NCBI GenBank assembly: GCA_951406725.2
Contig: OX597819.1
Coordinates: 129,208,001-129,272,000 of the forward strand
Origin: Octopus vulgaris
Taxonomy: Eukaryota
DNA length: 64,000 bases
Direction of reading: 5' to 3'
Positions within the stretch are counted from its first letter, which is position 1. Each line of letters starts with the position of its first letter. Shown here in pieces: positions 13,426-27,975 of this stretch. The position numbers and the translations under genes were made by a program. The notes beneath the pieces are model-generated. The model made no database searches and had not been told where the DNA came from. It saw only the letters and a program-made list of their open reading frames with translations.

Positions 13426-13882
13426 CTCAGAATAAATTCAATTAATAAAACCTTTTTTTGACAGAGAATCCCTATTGCAAATATGTTAGTCCTCGCTTAA
13501 CTCTGTACTCTTCGTACATAAGATTTTCCAGGAAAATTTGATATGCCAGGCAGTGTTCATTTCCTTAGTTTTTGTTTATATATTTCTTGGCCGCTGAGGA
13601 TCTGGTAAGACTATAACTCGCTGAGGAGGTCTAATAAGACAAAAACACGTCCGAAGTTATCACTATAATTACTATATATCAGACATACACTCCACTGCAT
13701 AATTTCATTTAATTTTTAATTAATTTTGATTGCGGAGTTGTCTACCTTACTTTCAAGATCAGAATTGGTCATTAAAGCTAATTATTCTTCTCTTCATTAT
13801 AGATGTAATTTTAATTCATTTATGGTTTTGTTCACTGAATTAAATATGTGTGCGTCTGCGCGTGAATTTATTTAAATATGTT

Positions 13883-13930
<48 letters not shown>

Positions 13931-13933
13931 TGG

Positions 13934-13985
<52 letters not shown>

Positions 13986-14051
13986 GTGTTTGTGCGCGTG
14001 TGTGTGTGTGTGTGTGTGAGTGAGTGTGTCAGTGTGTGTGTATGTGTGTGA

Positions 14052-14127
<76 letters not shown>

Positions 14128-14663
14128 GTGTATGTGTACGAAGGTTTCTCTAGTCTGGACAGAAGTGTGTTCTATTTTCTGAGGGTGTGTTACTGTACCT
14201 ATTAGTTTTGGCAACAGATTAATAAAGGGTGGGTTGAACGCCCTTTCTTGTCCCCTTCTATAATTCTAATGTCAAAAGAAGAAACTACTTTAATTAAAGT
14301 TATGTTATTGACATTTTATTTTATTTAAAAAATATTCCTGTATTAATTTTTACTGTAAGAAAATCGATATTTCACAAAAAAAATAATAATTAGAACTGAA
14401 GTTATATTGATTTTTTTTATGAAGCACTCGGCCAATTTTTATATCAAAAGGTGTATAGCCAACTAAATAGAGCCCCGAGCTTGTTGGTACTAATTTCATT
14501 AATAGTTCGGCCGATGGAGTGGCAAAAACAAAAAGTAACTCAACCAAGTGTATGAGAGTGTTCCTGATATTTTATGTTCTATGTTCAAATCCTGTCGAAC
14601 CGAATTTTAGCTCTCAGCCTTCCAGGCCTAAACACTATTGATCATAGGTAGTTGGTTCTTTTA

Positions 14664-14696
<33 letters not shown>

Positions 14697-14715
14697 TTAG
14701 AATACTTTGAATATA

Positions 14716-14948
14716 TATTTCTTTACTACCCTCAAGGGGCTAAACATAGAGTGGACAAACAAGGACAGACAAACGGATTAAGTCGATTACATCGACCCCA
14801 GTGCGTAACTGCTACTTAATTTATCGAGCCCGAAAGGATGAAAGGCAAAGTCGACCTCTGCGGAATTTGAAATCAGAACGTAACGGCAGACGAAATACGA
14901 CTACGCATTTCACCCGGCGTGCTAACGTTTCTGCCAACTCGCCGCCTT
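14716..14948 (-). mobile_element. Full-length SINE family A (tail A)
   Basis: TSD AGAATACTTTGAATATA on both sides. Confidence 0.9.
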
Positions 14949-15149
14949 CAGAATACTTTGAATATAGTTCTGCTCATGCTCAGGGTTAAACATTATCGCC
15001 AACAATAACAATATCAATAACAAATAGGTACCAGTTTTGTACTAGGGTCGATTAAATTGTCTTTATCTTTCCCTTTTCCGCTAAAATTTGTGATACTACG
15101 CTAAAGTTAGAAAGGCCGACGGTGTCTTGGCATCACTCAGCAAGACCTT

Positions 15150-15600
15150 GGTCAGACGCTCTCCAGCTGTATATGGTTATGATGCAGCCACACCTGGAAT
15201 TTGCATCATTAGTCTGGAACCCCTATCTTGCTCAGGACATTGACCTCCTGGAAACTGTTCAGAGACGTGAAACCAAGCGAATACCCTCCATCAGGCATCT
15301 ACCATACTCTGAACGCCTTGCTTCCGTGGGCATAGATACATTGAAGCTCTGACGTCTGGCAACTGACTTGAAAAACACCCACAAAATTATTAACCATTGT
15401 GCCAACAACCATTTTGAGCACCTTTTTGAGCTCCATGTGTCTAGCACATGTGGGCATGTTTACAAATTCAGAAAACAGAACAGCTCTCATGACTTCCGGA
15501 AACATTTTTTCACACTCACAGTTGCTGAAGCATGGAACAAACCACCTGCATCAGTTGTTAGTTGCCGAGATATTGCATCCTTTAAAACCTCCATGCTTTC
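15150..15600 (+). mobile_element. CR1-clade LINE ORF2 C-terminal remnant
   Basis: PHLEFASLVWNPYLAQDIDLLETVQRR, PYSERL and FFTLTVAEAWNK; homologous to 20666-21300. Confidence 0.9.
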
Positions 15601-15723
15601 TTCCGTCTTAGTTCAAATTTCACCTTGATCGACTTAACAGGTACCTGTTTCGTAGACCTCCACCACCATCCCAGAAGGATACGAGGTAGCATTAACCTCG
15701 GCGGTATTTGAGCTCAGATATTT

Positions 15724-15954
15724 AAGGCGGCGAGCTGGCAGAAACGTTAGCACGCTGGGCGAAATGCTTAGCGGTATTTCGTCTGCATTACGTTCTGAGT
15801 TCAAATTCCGCCGAGGTCGACTTTGCTTTCATCCTTTCGGGGTCGATAAATTAAGTACCAGTTAGGCACTGGGGTCGATGTAATTGACTTAATCCCTATG
15901 TCTCTCCTTGTTTGTCCCCTCTGTGTTTAGCCCCTTGTGGGTAGTAAAGAAATA
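15724..15954 (+). mobile_element. Full-length SINE family A inserted into an older opposite-strand SINE remnant
   Basis: TSD TATTTGAGCTCAGATA. Confidence 0.9.
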
Positions 15955-16009
15955 GATATTTGAGCTCAGATAACATAAAAGCGCACGACTAAATATTTCT
16001 TTTTTTTTT

Positions 16010-16446
16010 TCACCTCTAGACACGAGGCCCGAAATTTTGGGAGAGGGTGCCAGTCGATTAGATTGACCCCAGTATGTAACTAGTGCTTAATTTATCGACC
16101 CCCGAAAGGATGAAAGGCAAAGTCGACCTCGGCTGAATTTGAACTCAGAACGTAAAGACAGACGAAATACCGCTAAGCATTTCGCCCGACGTGCTAACGT
16201 TTCTGCCAGCTCGCCACTTTCCCCACAACTAAATATTGGTTCCTGTTTTAGGCACATGGCCAGCAATTTCGAGGGAGGGGTAAATCGATTACATCGACCC
16301 CAGTGTTCAACTGGTACTTATTTAATCGACCCCGAAAGGATGAAAAGTCGGTTCTATCAGAACTTAAATTCAGGACGTAAAGACGAACGAAATGCCACTG
16401 AGCATTTTGCCCGGCGTGCTAACCATTCTGCCAGCTCGCCGCCTTA
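16010..16446 (-). mobile_element. Two head-to-tail SINE family A copies (tail B)
   Basis: Two cores CCCGAAAGGATGAAA at about 16100 and 16330, each ending in CTGCCAGCTCGCC. Confidence 0.85.
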
Positions 16447-17040
16447 TACAAATACCCAAATATCAAAGTACGATATATGTATATGCAATGACAAGGAAAT
16501 TCTAGTAAGCGCAGCGGTGAGCTCCGCCTTATAAGATATGTATCCATCGTAGCCTCGGCATCTCTGAACATTGTCATATCAGCACCCGAGGATACTCAAC
16601 GGTTTCTATTTTATCAATAGGAGCATGAATGAATGAAGTAATTATGGGGACTTCCATTAATTCTGCTTCCGACATGAAACTGGGCATTCGCAACCCAACA
16701 TTCCTCAAAATACTGTTCGATATCTGTCCCAATGTTTGGTGTTAAGATTTATAGATTTTATGACAAAGGTGTTTTGGAAACTTAAGTCTTCTATTTCGAA
16801 AAGACACATCTGTTGGGATGAGTGCAATTCGGAGTATAACTGTATCCTATATTTTAATGTACCCGGGGAAATTATTAGCCTAAATGGCGTACTATTAGCT
16901 CTATAACCATTGGTCTTGCGCCATTGTATAGCCACAGCTGAGATTAAATTTCAGTACGGTCAATATATATACGTATTTATTTGTGCATGCGTGCGTGTGA
17001 GAGAGAGGGAGGGAAAGCGTGTGTGTATGTATAGAATAAA

Positions 17041-17770
17041 TGTACGTATGTATGTATGTATGTATGTATGTATGTATGTATGGATGGATGGATGGATGGA
17101 TGGATGGATGGATGGATGGATGAATGGATGGATGGATGGATGGATGGATGGATGGATGGATGGATGGATGGATGGATGGATGGATGAATGGATGGATGGA
17201 TGGATGGATGGATGGATGGATGGATGGATGGATGGATTGATGGATGGATGGATGGATGGATGGATGGATGGATGGATGGATGGATGTATGGATGGATGGA
17301 TGGATGGATGTATGGATGGATGGATGGATGGATGGATGGATGGATGGATGGATGGATGGATGGATGGATGGATGGATGGATGTATGTATGTATGTATGTA
17401 TGTATGTATGTATGCATGGATGTATGGATGGATGGATGGATGGATGAATGGATGGATGGATGAATGGATGCATGGATGGATGGATGCATGGATGGATGCA
17501 TGGATGTATGGATGGATGGATGGATGGATGGATGGATGGATGAATGGATGGATGGATGGATGCATGGATGCATGGGTGGATGGATGGATGGATGGATGGA
17601 TGGATGCATGGATGGATGGATGCATGGATGGATGGATGGATGGATTGATGGATGGATGGATGGATGTATGGATGGATGGATGGATGGATGGATGGATAGA
17701 ATAAATGTACGTATGTATGTATGTATATATGTATGTATGTATGTGTGGGTATGTATGTATGTGTGCGTGC

Positions 17771-17790
<20 letters not shown>
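17041..17790. repeat. Compound (GGAT)n/(GTAT)n microsatellite
   Basis: Direct inspection; flanked on both sides by TAGAATAAATGTACGTATGTATG. Confidence 0.95.
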
Positions 17791-17806
<16 letters not shown>

Positions 17807-18080
17807 CGTAGCGACTTGGGTGTCGGATTCACAATTGTTAGGTCGCTGGTTCGATTCTAAGACTGGGAAGTTCTTTGTGTCCTTGAACAAGGGACTTTAT
17901 TTCATGGTTCTTGATTCCACTGAGACGAAAAAGAGTTCTCGTTACAGCGGCGAGGTTAACTCTGCGAAAGACTGCCGTACCGTTCGCGGTGGGTGAAGGC
18001 TTCCATATTCTCAGCGGCTTAAATATCATGCGAATCAGGATAAACTCCGGCCTAATGGACCTGCAAGCTTCAGACATATT
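17807..18080 (+). mobile_element. Degenerate tRNA-derived SINE (third family; relative at 28750-28990)
   Basis: B-box GGTTCGATTC, TGTGTCCTTGAACAAGGGACTTT core block, 3' GGATAAACTCCGGCCTAATGG. Confidence 0.6.
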
Positions 18081-18174
18081 TTAGCTTTACGCACACACAC
18101 ACACACACATACTGTATGTATGTATCCATGTCATATTGATTTCATATTTTGGCACAAGGCCTGCAATTTCGGAG

Positions 18175-18443
18175 CACGCTGAGAGTTGCTGAAGCATGGA
18201 ACAAACTGCCGGCATCAGTTGTTAGTTGTTGGAGCACTGCATCCTTCAAAACTTCCATGCTTCCTGAGATTCGCCAACACTACACCTCATTTTCTCCCCT
18301 CCATACACACACAAGCATGTATCTGACTCATACACTGTTCACTTTCCAGACATTTCTACATTACTGCATATGCTTTATACGCACTTTCTGACAAGTTGTG
18401 GTGCACCTGAGCACTGTATACAATCATTTCATTATTATTATTA
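18175..18443 (+). mobile_element. 5'-truncated CR1 LINE 3' end with (ATT)n tail, nested in a SINE remnant
   Basis: LRVAEAWNKLPASVVSC...EIRQHYT; 3' UTR matches 20666-20820. Confidence 0.9.
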
Positions 18444-19247
18444 ATATAAGTGGCCCCCCAGTACTCAATTTGCAGTTATTTTTTGTCGACATCGAAAGGA
18501 TGAAAGACTCAGCGAAATTTGAACTCAGAACGTTAAAACGGACAATCTGTTACTAAGTATTTTGTCCGGCGTGCTAGCGATTCTGCCAGCTCGCCGCCCT
18601 TCTGTTGCCATTTAATACAGTGTATATACTCATATTTATATGTTTACATCAGGATTTTAAAAACCGGTGATATTTAAACAGCTCGGCACGAAGAGATCGA
18701 CCAGATAAGCACTAGACTGAAATAAGTACAGGGATTATTATAATCCATCAAATCTTTGAAAGTGTTGTCCCAGCGTGGTCAGAGTTCAATGAGTGAAACC
18801 AATAAAATTAAAGAAATATGAGAAGAAAATTCTAGATACGCACATGGCGTGCACACGCCCACACGTGTTAATTCCCTGGAATAATGCCACCAGATTTATC
18901 TCCCTTACACCATTCGCTTTCTACGTATATAAATATATATATATATATATATATACTTTTTATTTATATATATTTATATTCGGAGATCGTCCGTTTTTCG
19001 CATAGTTTCGTATACATTCGATCCTTTTTCCAAGAAATCTAATGCTACGGATTAGTTTTTCCTTGGGGCTGGCCAAATCGGAGCAATCTCAAGATTAATC
19101 AGCGAAATTGCGAGGATGATCCGGTTCTTGACAAAGATTAAACTTCGAATGACCCGTGTTTTTTGTATCGTCTATTTGAATGTTTTGCGTTCTTGTCCCA
19201 TTTTGTATTTTTTTACATTTACATATATATATATATATATATATTCC

Positions 19248-19278
<31 letters not shown>

Positions 19279-19541
19279 GGGTAATAAGAATTATAGAAAT
19301 TATTAATACCAGTGGCCTAGCACAAACAAAAAATAGTCAATAGAATATATATTATTCACATAAAAATACATTAGTACATTAGAACACAAACAGAGGCTTT
19401 CAAATTGTGCGATGATAAACGTTTTTAATTTTCAATCCTCTCGAGAACTTATCCATAATTAGTGGTTTGAGTTTTCTACTGCTCTTTCTAGCACAAGGAT
19501 TTCCTATTTGGAAACCTCTTAATGTGTTCTAATCTACACGA

Positions 19542-19590
<49 letters not shown>

Positions 19591-19687
19591 TCCAAACAAG
19601 AAAACACACAAAAAAAAACACGACAACGCAAGGACGTGGAACAAATATAGTATTATTGGACGCTCAGGAAAGAAGGGAAGAAGGAGG

Positions 19688-19722
19688 GTTTGACGTTTCG
19701 AGCGGAGCTCTTCGTCGGAAAC
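19688..19722 (-). ncRNA. Minimal hammerhead motif, CCGACGA core variant
   Basis: Minus strand: gttt CCGACGA a GAGC tcc GCTC GAAAC GTC aaac; element 19585-19840 bounded by (TA)n; second copy at 48554. Confidence 0.7.
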
Positions 19723-20223
19723 ATAGGAGAAAGAAAGATCCCGAAAAGGGAAGACAGAGGAAAAAAATCGCCAACGGTACCCACGAGGTCACATTTTGAA
19801 AGACCGGACGTAGAAAGGTGGAAGAATAATGTTTTTAAAGACATATATATATATATATATGACATACTATGATTATTTGTATTTTGTGCTAAAAATTTCA
19901 TACAAAATTAGAATAAAAATTGAGAATAACATTGCATTGGAATTAAAAGAAGAAAGAAGACTAAAATAAGTCAATGGCTTCCAGGTACAAAAACGGGTAT
20001 CGGGGGGGGGGGTATACATTATATTTGGGGTTACGTATTATGCTCTGGTAAATGCATTCGTCGGCAATCCGTCCATTAATCGATCTATTTATTTATCTAT
20101 CTATCACAATTTAAATCGATTGAATCGGCTGTTTGAAAGATTTATATATCGATCTGAGTTACTTTAACAGGAACACCATAATTCAATATTTAAGAGTCGA
20201 AATTTTATTTATTTATTTAGTTA

Positions 20224-20351
<128 letters not shown>

Positions 20352-20665
20352 GCTTAGCCCAAGTGAAATTTAATCGAATGGGTTTGTAGCCAGTGAAGTT
20401 CCGATTAATTAAACTCATTATATTTTTTTCAGAGATTAAGGGATCACATCATGTAATGCATCCTTCCTTTTTTAAAACAGTAAAATATTATTTTAATACT
20501 ATTTGGCTGTTATTTCTAGCAGCAGTTCGAATGATCGCATTTCGGCTCCCAATTTGTTGTATAGACCGGTAACTAATTTGGCAGTTATAGTCTGCTAACT
20601 GAAAGGTTCACAGTTTGGTTCGCGAGAATAACCTGTAACTGTGTTTGTGATTGAATTCATTTAAA

Positions 20666-21300
20666 AATAATATAATATAATGAAATTATTGTATACAGTG
20701 CTCAGGTGCACCACAACTTGTCAAAAGTGCGTATAAAGCATATGCAGTAATGTAGAAATGTCTGGAAAGCAAACAGTGTATGAGTCAGATAGATGCTTGT
20801 GTGTGTATGGAGGGGAGAAAATCAGGTGTAGTGTTGGCGAATCTCAGGAAGCATGGAAGTTTTGAAGGATGCAGTGCTCCGACAACTAACAACTGATGCC
20901 GGCAGTTTGTTCCATGCTTCAGCAACTCTTAGCGTGAAAAAATGTTTCCAAAAGTCATGGAAGGAGCTGTGCTGTTTTCTGACTTTGTAAACATGTCCAC
21001 TGGTGTTAGACGGGTGGAGTTTGAAAAGGTGCTCAGAGTTATTGTTTGTAAGATGGTTAATAATTTTATGGGTGTCTGCCAAGTCAGCTGCCAGACGTTG
21101 GAGTTTCAATGTATCCATGCCCAGGGAAGTAAGGCGTTCAGAATATGGCAAATGCCTGATGGAGGGTATTCTCTTGGTTGCACGTCGCTGAACGGCTTCC
21201 AGACGATTAATATCCTGGGCAAGATAGGGGTTCCAGACTGGTGATGCAAATTCCAGGTGAGGTCGTACCATAGCTATATAAAGCCGCAGAGAGATAGCCG
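20666..21300 (-). mobile_element. CR1-clade LINE 3' fragment (ORF2 C-terminus plus 3' UTR)
   Basis: ORF 20822-21313: LYIAMVRPHLEFASPVWNPYL...EAVQRRATK...PYSERL...FFTLRVAEAWNKLP. Confidence 0.95.
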
Positions 21301-21899
21301 GAGAGCGGCTCATTGCCGCCTTTATTTCCGCTCCATCCTGTTTTTCTTTCTTTTTCTACTCGCTCCAACACATAGGAAAAGATAAGAAAGAAGTAACCAC
21401 ATATAGATACAATTAATTTCATAGCATTTTCAAACTTGTATTAATTTAACATTAGCATCTGGTGATAAATCTAGCAAATACAGTCCTATTAATAATAAAG
21501 AATTTTTCAAACTAAAATCAATTTTCTGGAATCTCCACAATACAATTTGGAATCTTGAAATTCCATTACCCCCTCGGATTAAGAATTGCTGATTTAATTA
21601 GAGGATAATACCATACGAAAATGTTTGTAAGGTAGCCCTGCTAGCTACATTCTATATATACTTTCATTTCATTTCATTAGCACAATTCCCACACCCTACA
21701 AAATTCATACCTTCTACGAGAGGGTTCCTGATTTGGCCTACCTGCACACCCTGAAATGGCAAGGTGACATTTCAGGGGATGCAACAAAAATAGAAATTAT
21801 ATACTTTCCAGAATAAATGCATAACCTAACTCTTAAAGGATAACTTTATTATATTAAGTACACCTTAATCTCTATCATTCCACATTTATATGGTTTGAT

Positions 21900-22612
21900 T
21901 TTGAAATCTCAAAGAACTTCATCCTCATTTCTTTTGCAATGACAAACGTGTGTGAATCTAGATTCAGTTTTCTTAAGTCAATAAAGACAAACTCTATTCA
22001 AAAACAGACCTGAGGACTGCAATCAACAGGAATGTTCCACGCTTCGGTATAGTCATGAATAAGGCGGCGAGCTGGCAGAAACGTTAGCACACCGGACGAA
22101 ATGCGTAGCCGTATTTCGTCTGCCGTTACGTTCTGAGTTCAAATTCCGCCGAGATCGACTTTGCCTTTCATCCTTTCGGGGTCGATAAATTAAGCACCAG
22201 TTACGCACTGGGGGTCAATATAATCGACTTAATCCCTTTGTCTGTCCTTGTTTGTCCTTTCTGTGTTTAGCCCCTTGTGGGCAGTAAAGAAATAGGTATA
22301 ATCATGAATGAGAACAGTCACGAAAAAAAAAAATCATTGAATTTTCTGTTCATAATTTTTGTTAATTTCACTGTTGACAGTTTTTTCCTTTCGAATTCGT
22401 CAACTTCGCTTTGTATTTTGTACATTGAATCAAAATATTATGTTTTATCTCAATTTGTTCCCCTACAGTAGTGTATATCATTCAACTAGAAAATATATAT
22501 TAGTTATTAGAAAACTTATATTTAAATATGTAATATTATTCTTGTATCTGGTGCAAAAATTAATCAAGCCTTTCTTTAGGGTTGAAGGACAGAAGAAAGT
22601 TGGGAAGCACTA
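21900..22612 (+). mobile_element. hAT (Charlie/Buster-like) transposase C-terminal remnant, interrupted by a SINE
   Basis: ILISFAMTNVCESRFSFLKSIKT and, frameshifted, DLRTAINRNVPRF resemble the hAT dimerization domain; TIR-like AAAGTTGGGAAGCACTA near 22612. Confidence 0.7.
22061..22294 (+). mobile_element. Full-length SINE family A
   Basis: 15-bp TSD GGTATA(G/A)TCATGAAT at 22046-22060 and 22295-22309. Confidence 0.95.
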
Positions 22613-23314
22613 CCCTTTGCAGTCATCCTTTAACATAAGAATACCATATATACTCATAAATTATTAGCACCCGACGTTTTCGTTCGTCCTACCCAGTACC
22701 AACAACTCACACAATCCACAGTGTACTTATTCCATTACCACTCAATAACACAAGCCACAAAGCACATACTCCGAGTAATAACGTATAACGGCTCACATAT
22801 CAACATCCAACCAAAGAGCACAACTCCCCATAGTTCATAAGTACACAATAACAAGGTAACCCCCAACAAAAGTAACTGGAGAAGCAGGGAGATAAACCCC
22901 ATAACAAAGTATTTGAATGTAGATATTCCAGGAAAAACAACGCTGCATAGACACACCTCAAGAACACAAAATGCAGCTGATGGTGCAGCTCGGACGAAAC
23001 TGTTGGAAATATAATACAGTTTCAATCATTTCCTAGTTACAGTCATAGAACTGCAAACATAGAGGTCTGCCTTGAAAGGGTTCTTCTCGATCAATTATTA
23101 TTAATCATCTATTAATTCCATCGATCTTTATTTTAAGCGAGCAGACAAGCAAGTTACAAGTACATAAACGAATAAAATCTAAGACAGAAACACACACTAC
23201 ACATGTGATGACGCGTCAGCATGTATCTAGATATATATATATTTAGAATCATCGATAAATTTATGACTTCAAAGAATTCAATTTCTGCATAAAATTTCCT
23301 CTGAAAAAAAAAAT

Positions 23315-23375
<61 letters not shown>

Positions 23376-24205
23376 AGAGGCAACAATTTTGATAATAGAA
23401 GTATACAGGGAAGTAACTCAATACAGCAAACCATTGACACTAATCATTCTAATAACCACTGTGATTAACAAAAGCGTGATTATCTCCCAAAATTGCTTTT
23501 GTTCAAAGGAGTAATGTCCCTTAGATATATGGGTTTCTGTTTTTTTTAATTTTTATTCGGTTTTGATTTATGAGGTCCACCATAGTGCTAACATTTCTCC
23601 GATAGCATTAAAATAAATTACCTTTAATTACCTGAAAGAAATTAATTGTGTGCTGCTTAATTGTATCCATAATTGATTGTATTCTGTAGTTATTGTCTAC
23701 ATTTTGTATCAAGAGGCAGTATAAGGGAGTGTACAGTTGCTAAATATCTTCTGGGTCCGATTTGTGTATGTGTGTGTGTGTGTGCACGTGTGTGCTCGCG
23801 CGCATATATATGTGTGTTATTCATGCTTGTTATTTTATAATAATTACTGGTATCCTTCTATATTAATACATTATATATCATATATGTAAAACATAATATG
23901 TTATATGTATGTATATTATTGTAATTATCAGTTTAGTAAATAAATAAATAAGTTAATATAATATAATGTCCAAAAGTTGATAAACCTCCTATTGTTCTCC
24001 TCCATTTTCTTATTTGCGATATAAATTAATGGTAAAATAACTCTTTACCTTCACCTATTTAGCACACTCGGTAATGTAATTGCAATGCAATAAAAAAACA
24101 CTTGTGTATTAATAATTGGGTATTCTACCACCAGTATATTGGATAGATATTATCCCTTAGTTGGTTGGATTCACAGCCTCTAACTTTCTTGGAGTTTTAT
24201 ATATA

Positions 24206-24256
<51 letters not shown>

Positions 24257-24283
24257 CACACACACAGAGTATATATATATAAA

Positions 24284-24642
24284 CTGTGACTGAGTGGTAA
24301 GAAGTTTGCTTCCCAGCCACATGGTTCGGAGTTCAGTCCCACTGCGAGGTACCTTAAGCAAGTGTCTTCTATAGCCTCAGGCAAACCAAAGCCTTATGAG
24401 TGGAATTATTAGACGGAAACTGAAAGAAGCCTGGCGTATATGCAGATGTCTATGTGCATGTGTTTTTGCGTGTATTTTTGTCTCCCACCCCCGCTCGACG
24501 ACCGCTATTTGTTTGTTTAGGTCCCTGTAACTTAGCGGTTCGGCAAAAGAGACCAACAGAATAAGGACTGGGTTTTACCAAAAAATAAGTACTGGCTTCG
24601 ATATCTTTCGACTAAAAGTTCTTCAAAGCGGTGCCCCAACAT
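24284..24642 (+). mobile_element. CORE-type SINE (family B)
   Basis: GTGGTAAGAAGTTTGCTTCCC head, CCTTAAGCAAGTGTCTT, TTAGCGGTTCGGCAAAAGAGACC. Confidence 0.85.
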
Positions 24643-24771
<129 letters not shown>

Positions 24772-25554
24772 ATGGCGGCAAAATGAACATGGCAAGAAAT
24801 CGAGTACCGTCTTGATGTGCCTCTCGCAACTAATGATGACCATATTGAGGTCTATTAAATAACTGTTAAAAACACTTTAATAAACAATTATTACAATAAA
24901 ACAAATCTGGTTCAGATATCTTGTCAACTGCCTTTGTAATGAAATTTTAAAATTGTAAAGAGACTTTATGGACACCCTAAGCTCCATATAAGAAAAATAT
25001 AAGCTAAAATACGAGAAACAAAAAAAAATAAGAAGATAAAATAAAGAAGAATAAAAGGTAAATTTATAAAAAGAGTCTATAACAAAAATAGTCCTTAAAT
25101 AACTATAAGCGGAATTCTAAAGACACTAAGGTTTCACAAGAATGAAAGTATTTCCTAAGCCAAATTTAGCCCAGTTGGTGTATATACGTCGATGAAGAGT
25201 GACGCAGAGAAGCTGGGAGAAAGGTGTTTGGTCGAAATACAGGTTATTGATCTGAAGTGATTGGAGCGTATTTATCGATGGTGAAGTTAAAGCTTTTGAA
25301 AAACCAATGCCGGTAGAATGAAATTGTGTCACACCGTTTATTAAGGAGATCCCTGTTCCCACGTAATATTTTCAAGAAATTCATTGCCTCATTGATTATA
25401 TGCTACGTAACCATCTTGTTATGGTCTTCCGGCTCTGATAAAAGACCAGGTGATGCGATAGGATATGTTTGTAGCCCTGAGTTGAAGGCTGTATTTTGCT
25501 AACGAGGTTGAAGTTTTGCGCATTATAATAGAAAAGGAATTGACACACATAAGA

Positions 25555-25638
<84 letters not shown>

Positions 25639-26051
25639 GTGTGTATGAATATGTATATGTATGTACATATATGAATATATCTGTATGTATATGTGTGTGT
25701 GTGTATTGATAAATGTATGCATATATACGTATTATATATAAATATGCATGTACGTGTATGTATATGCGTGTATGTATACGCATGTACGTGTATGTGGGTG
25801 TATACAGACATACAATATATACGATACGTGTGTGCGCGCGCACGTGTGTGTATATGTATGTGTGTGTGTGTCTTCTACACATTCTTTTCTTTTTATTAAT
25901 ACTCACTGTTTACGTCCATGCTGGAGCATCACCAACAAGTTTTGGATAGGTTTTTTCTTTTCTTTTTTGTCAGCTTTATTAAATTTTTACGTCTGGGACT
26001 TCATCAATAGTAAAGTTTGTAGCAGTTTGTACACACACACATACACATACA

Positions 26052-26083
<32 letters not shown>

Positions 26084-26589
26084 TACACACACACACACAT
26101 ACACACATACACACACCACATATATTATTAGGCATGTGTACATATACATATATACATGTGTACATATATACATGTGTACATATATACATGTGTACATATA
26201 TACATGTGTACATATATACATGTGTATATATATATACATGTGTATATATATATGCATGTGTATATATACATATATACATGTGTACATATATACATATGTA
26301 AATATGTTTTTTTTTTATACATTGACGTATATAACATACACACATACACACATACACACACGTACACACACATATATACAGAGCTGCCTTAAGACTTAGC
26401 TACTCATCCGCCTTACAACAGTCTGTCTGTCTGTCTGTCAGTCTGTCTGTGTGTCAGTCTGTCTGTGTGTCTGTCAGTGAGTGCAGCACTTTGTTTAATT
26501 AATCGTTCGGTTTGTATTATCTTCTCTTAAAGTTGCCCAGTTTCCTCGTCAGGCTTTTTAGGTAGTTGCGTGGATGTGTTCACTTACCA

Positions 26590-26948
26590 CTCTCATCATC
26601 ATCATCACCGTCACCATCATCGTCATCATCATCACCACCACGAGCACCCTCATCATCATCATCATCGTCATCATCATCCTCATCGTTGCCCTGTCAACGT
26701 CATCACCAGTATTGTTATCGTTGTTATTTCAGTCCTCGTCGTCATCATCACCACCACCACAACCAATACTACCACTACCACCACTACCACCACCACCATT
26801 ATCATCACCATCATCATCGTTGCCGCGTCGACCTCATTGCCAATATCGTCATCCTTATTATCTTTATCACCATCATTATCACCATCACCATCATCATCAT
26901 CATCATAATCATCATCATCATCATCATCACCATCATTATCACCATCAC

Positions 26949-27012
<64 letters not shown>

Positions 27013-27732
27013 GTCATCACCATCATCGTCATCACCATCGTCGTCGTTGTCGTCACCATCATCCTAATTATTTTATCATGTAATCCCCCATCTCCACCAT
27101 CTCCACTTTGGCTATTTATTTATTTACTTATTTATTTATTTATCTCATACTTCCTCTGTCGCCATCAACTTCCCTCGCATCACCATTAGCATCACCTCAA
27201 CCACCCACACCGCAACCATTGATGCTACAACTGCCATCATTTCTATGGAACTACTTATATTGATCCATTCATTCTAGCTATTCTTCTTCATCATCATCAT
27301 CATCACCATCACCATCACCATCACCATCATCATCATCATCGTCATCATCATCATCATCACCATCACCATCACCATCATCATCATCATCATCATCACCATC
27401 ACTATCACCATCACCATCACCACCACCATCATCATCATCATCATCATCACCATCATCATCAACATCATCACCACCATCACCACCATCACCACCATCGTCA
27501 TCATCATCATCATCACCATCACCATCACCATCATCATCATCATCATCATCATCACCATCACCATCACCATCATCATCATCATCATCATCATCATCACCAT
27601 CATCATCACCACCATCACCATCATCATCATCATCACCACCATCACCATCATCATCACCATCATCATCATCATCACCATCATCATCACCATCACCATCACC
27701 ATCATCATCATCATCATCACCATCACCATCAC

Positions 27733-27815
<83 letters not shown>

Positions 27816-27871
27816 CCACCATCACCATCATCATCATCATCATCATCACCATCACCATCACCATCATCATC

Positions 27872-27903
<32 letters not shown>

Positions 27904-27975
27904 CATCACCACCATCATCATCATCATCATCATCACCATCATCATCATCATCCTCATCATCATCATCATCATCAT
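26590..27975. repeat. (CAT/CAC)n trinucleotide arrays
   Basis: Direct inspection; source of the poly-His/Met/Ile ORFs. Confidence 0.95.

Noticed and set aside
16901-17890. Long ORFs with HPSI/MDGW repeats
   Set aside because: Translations of a (GGAT)n microsatellite, open in multiple frames on both strands; the resemblance to Met/Asp-rich proteins is superficial
22977-23023. Hammerhead-like CTGATGGTGCAGCTCGGACGAAAC (similar weak cases at 34640-34690 and 60733-60785)
   Set aside because: Core residue missing and stems incomplete; at best highly decayed
25100-25535. AP-endonuclease-like LINE remnant (YNAQNFN, VFYQ, IDVYTPT, minus strand)
   Set aside because: Too degenerate to call without a profile search
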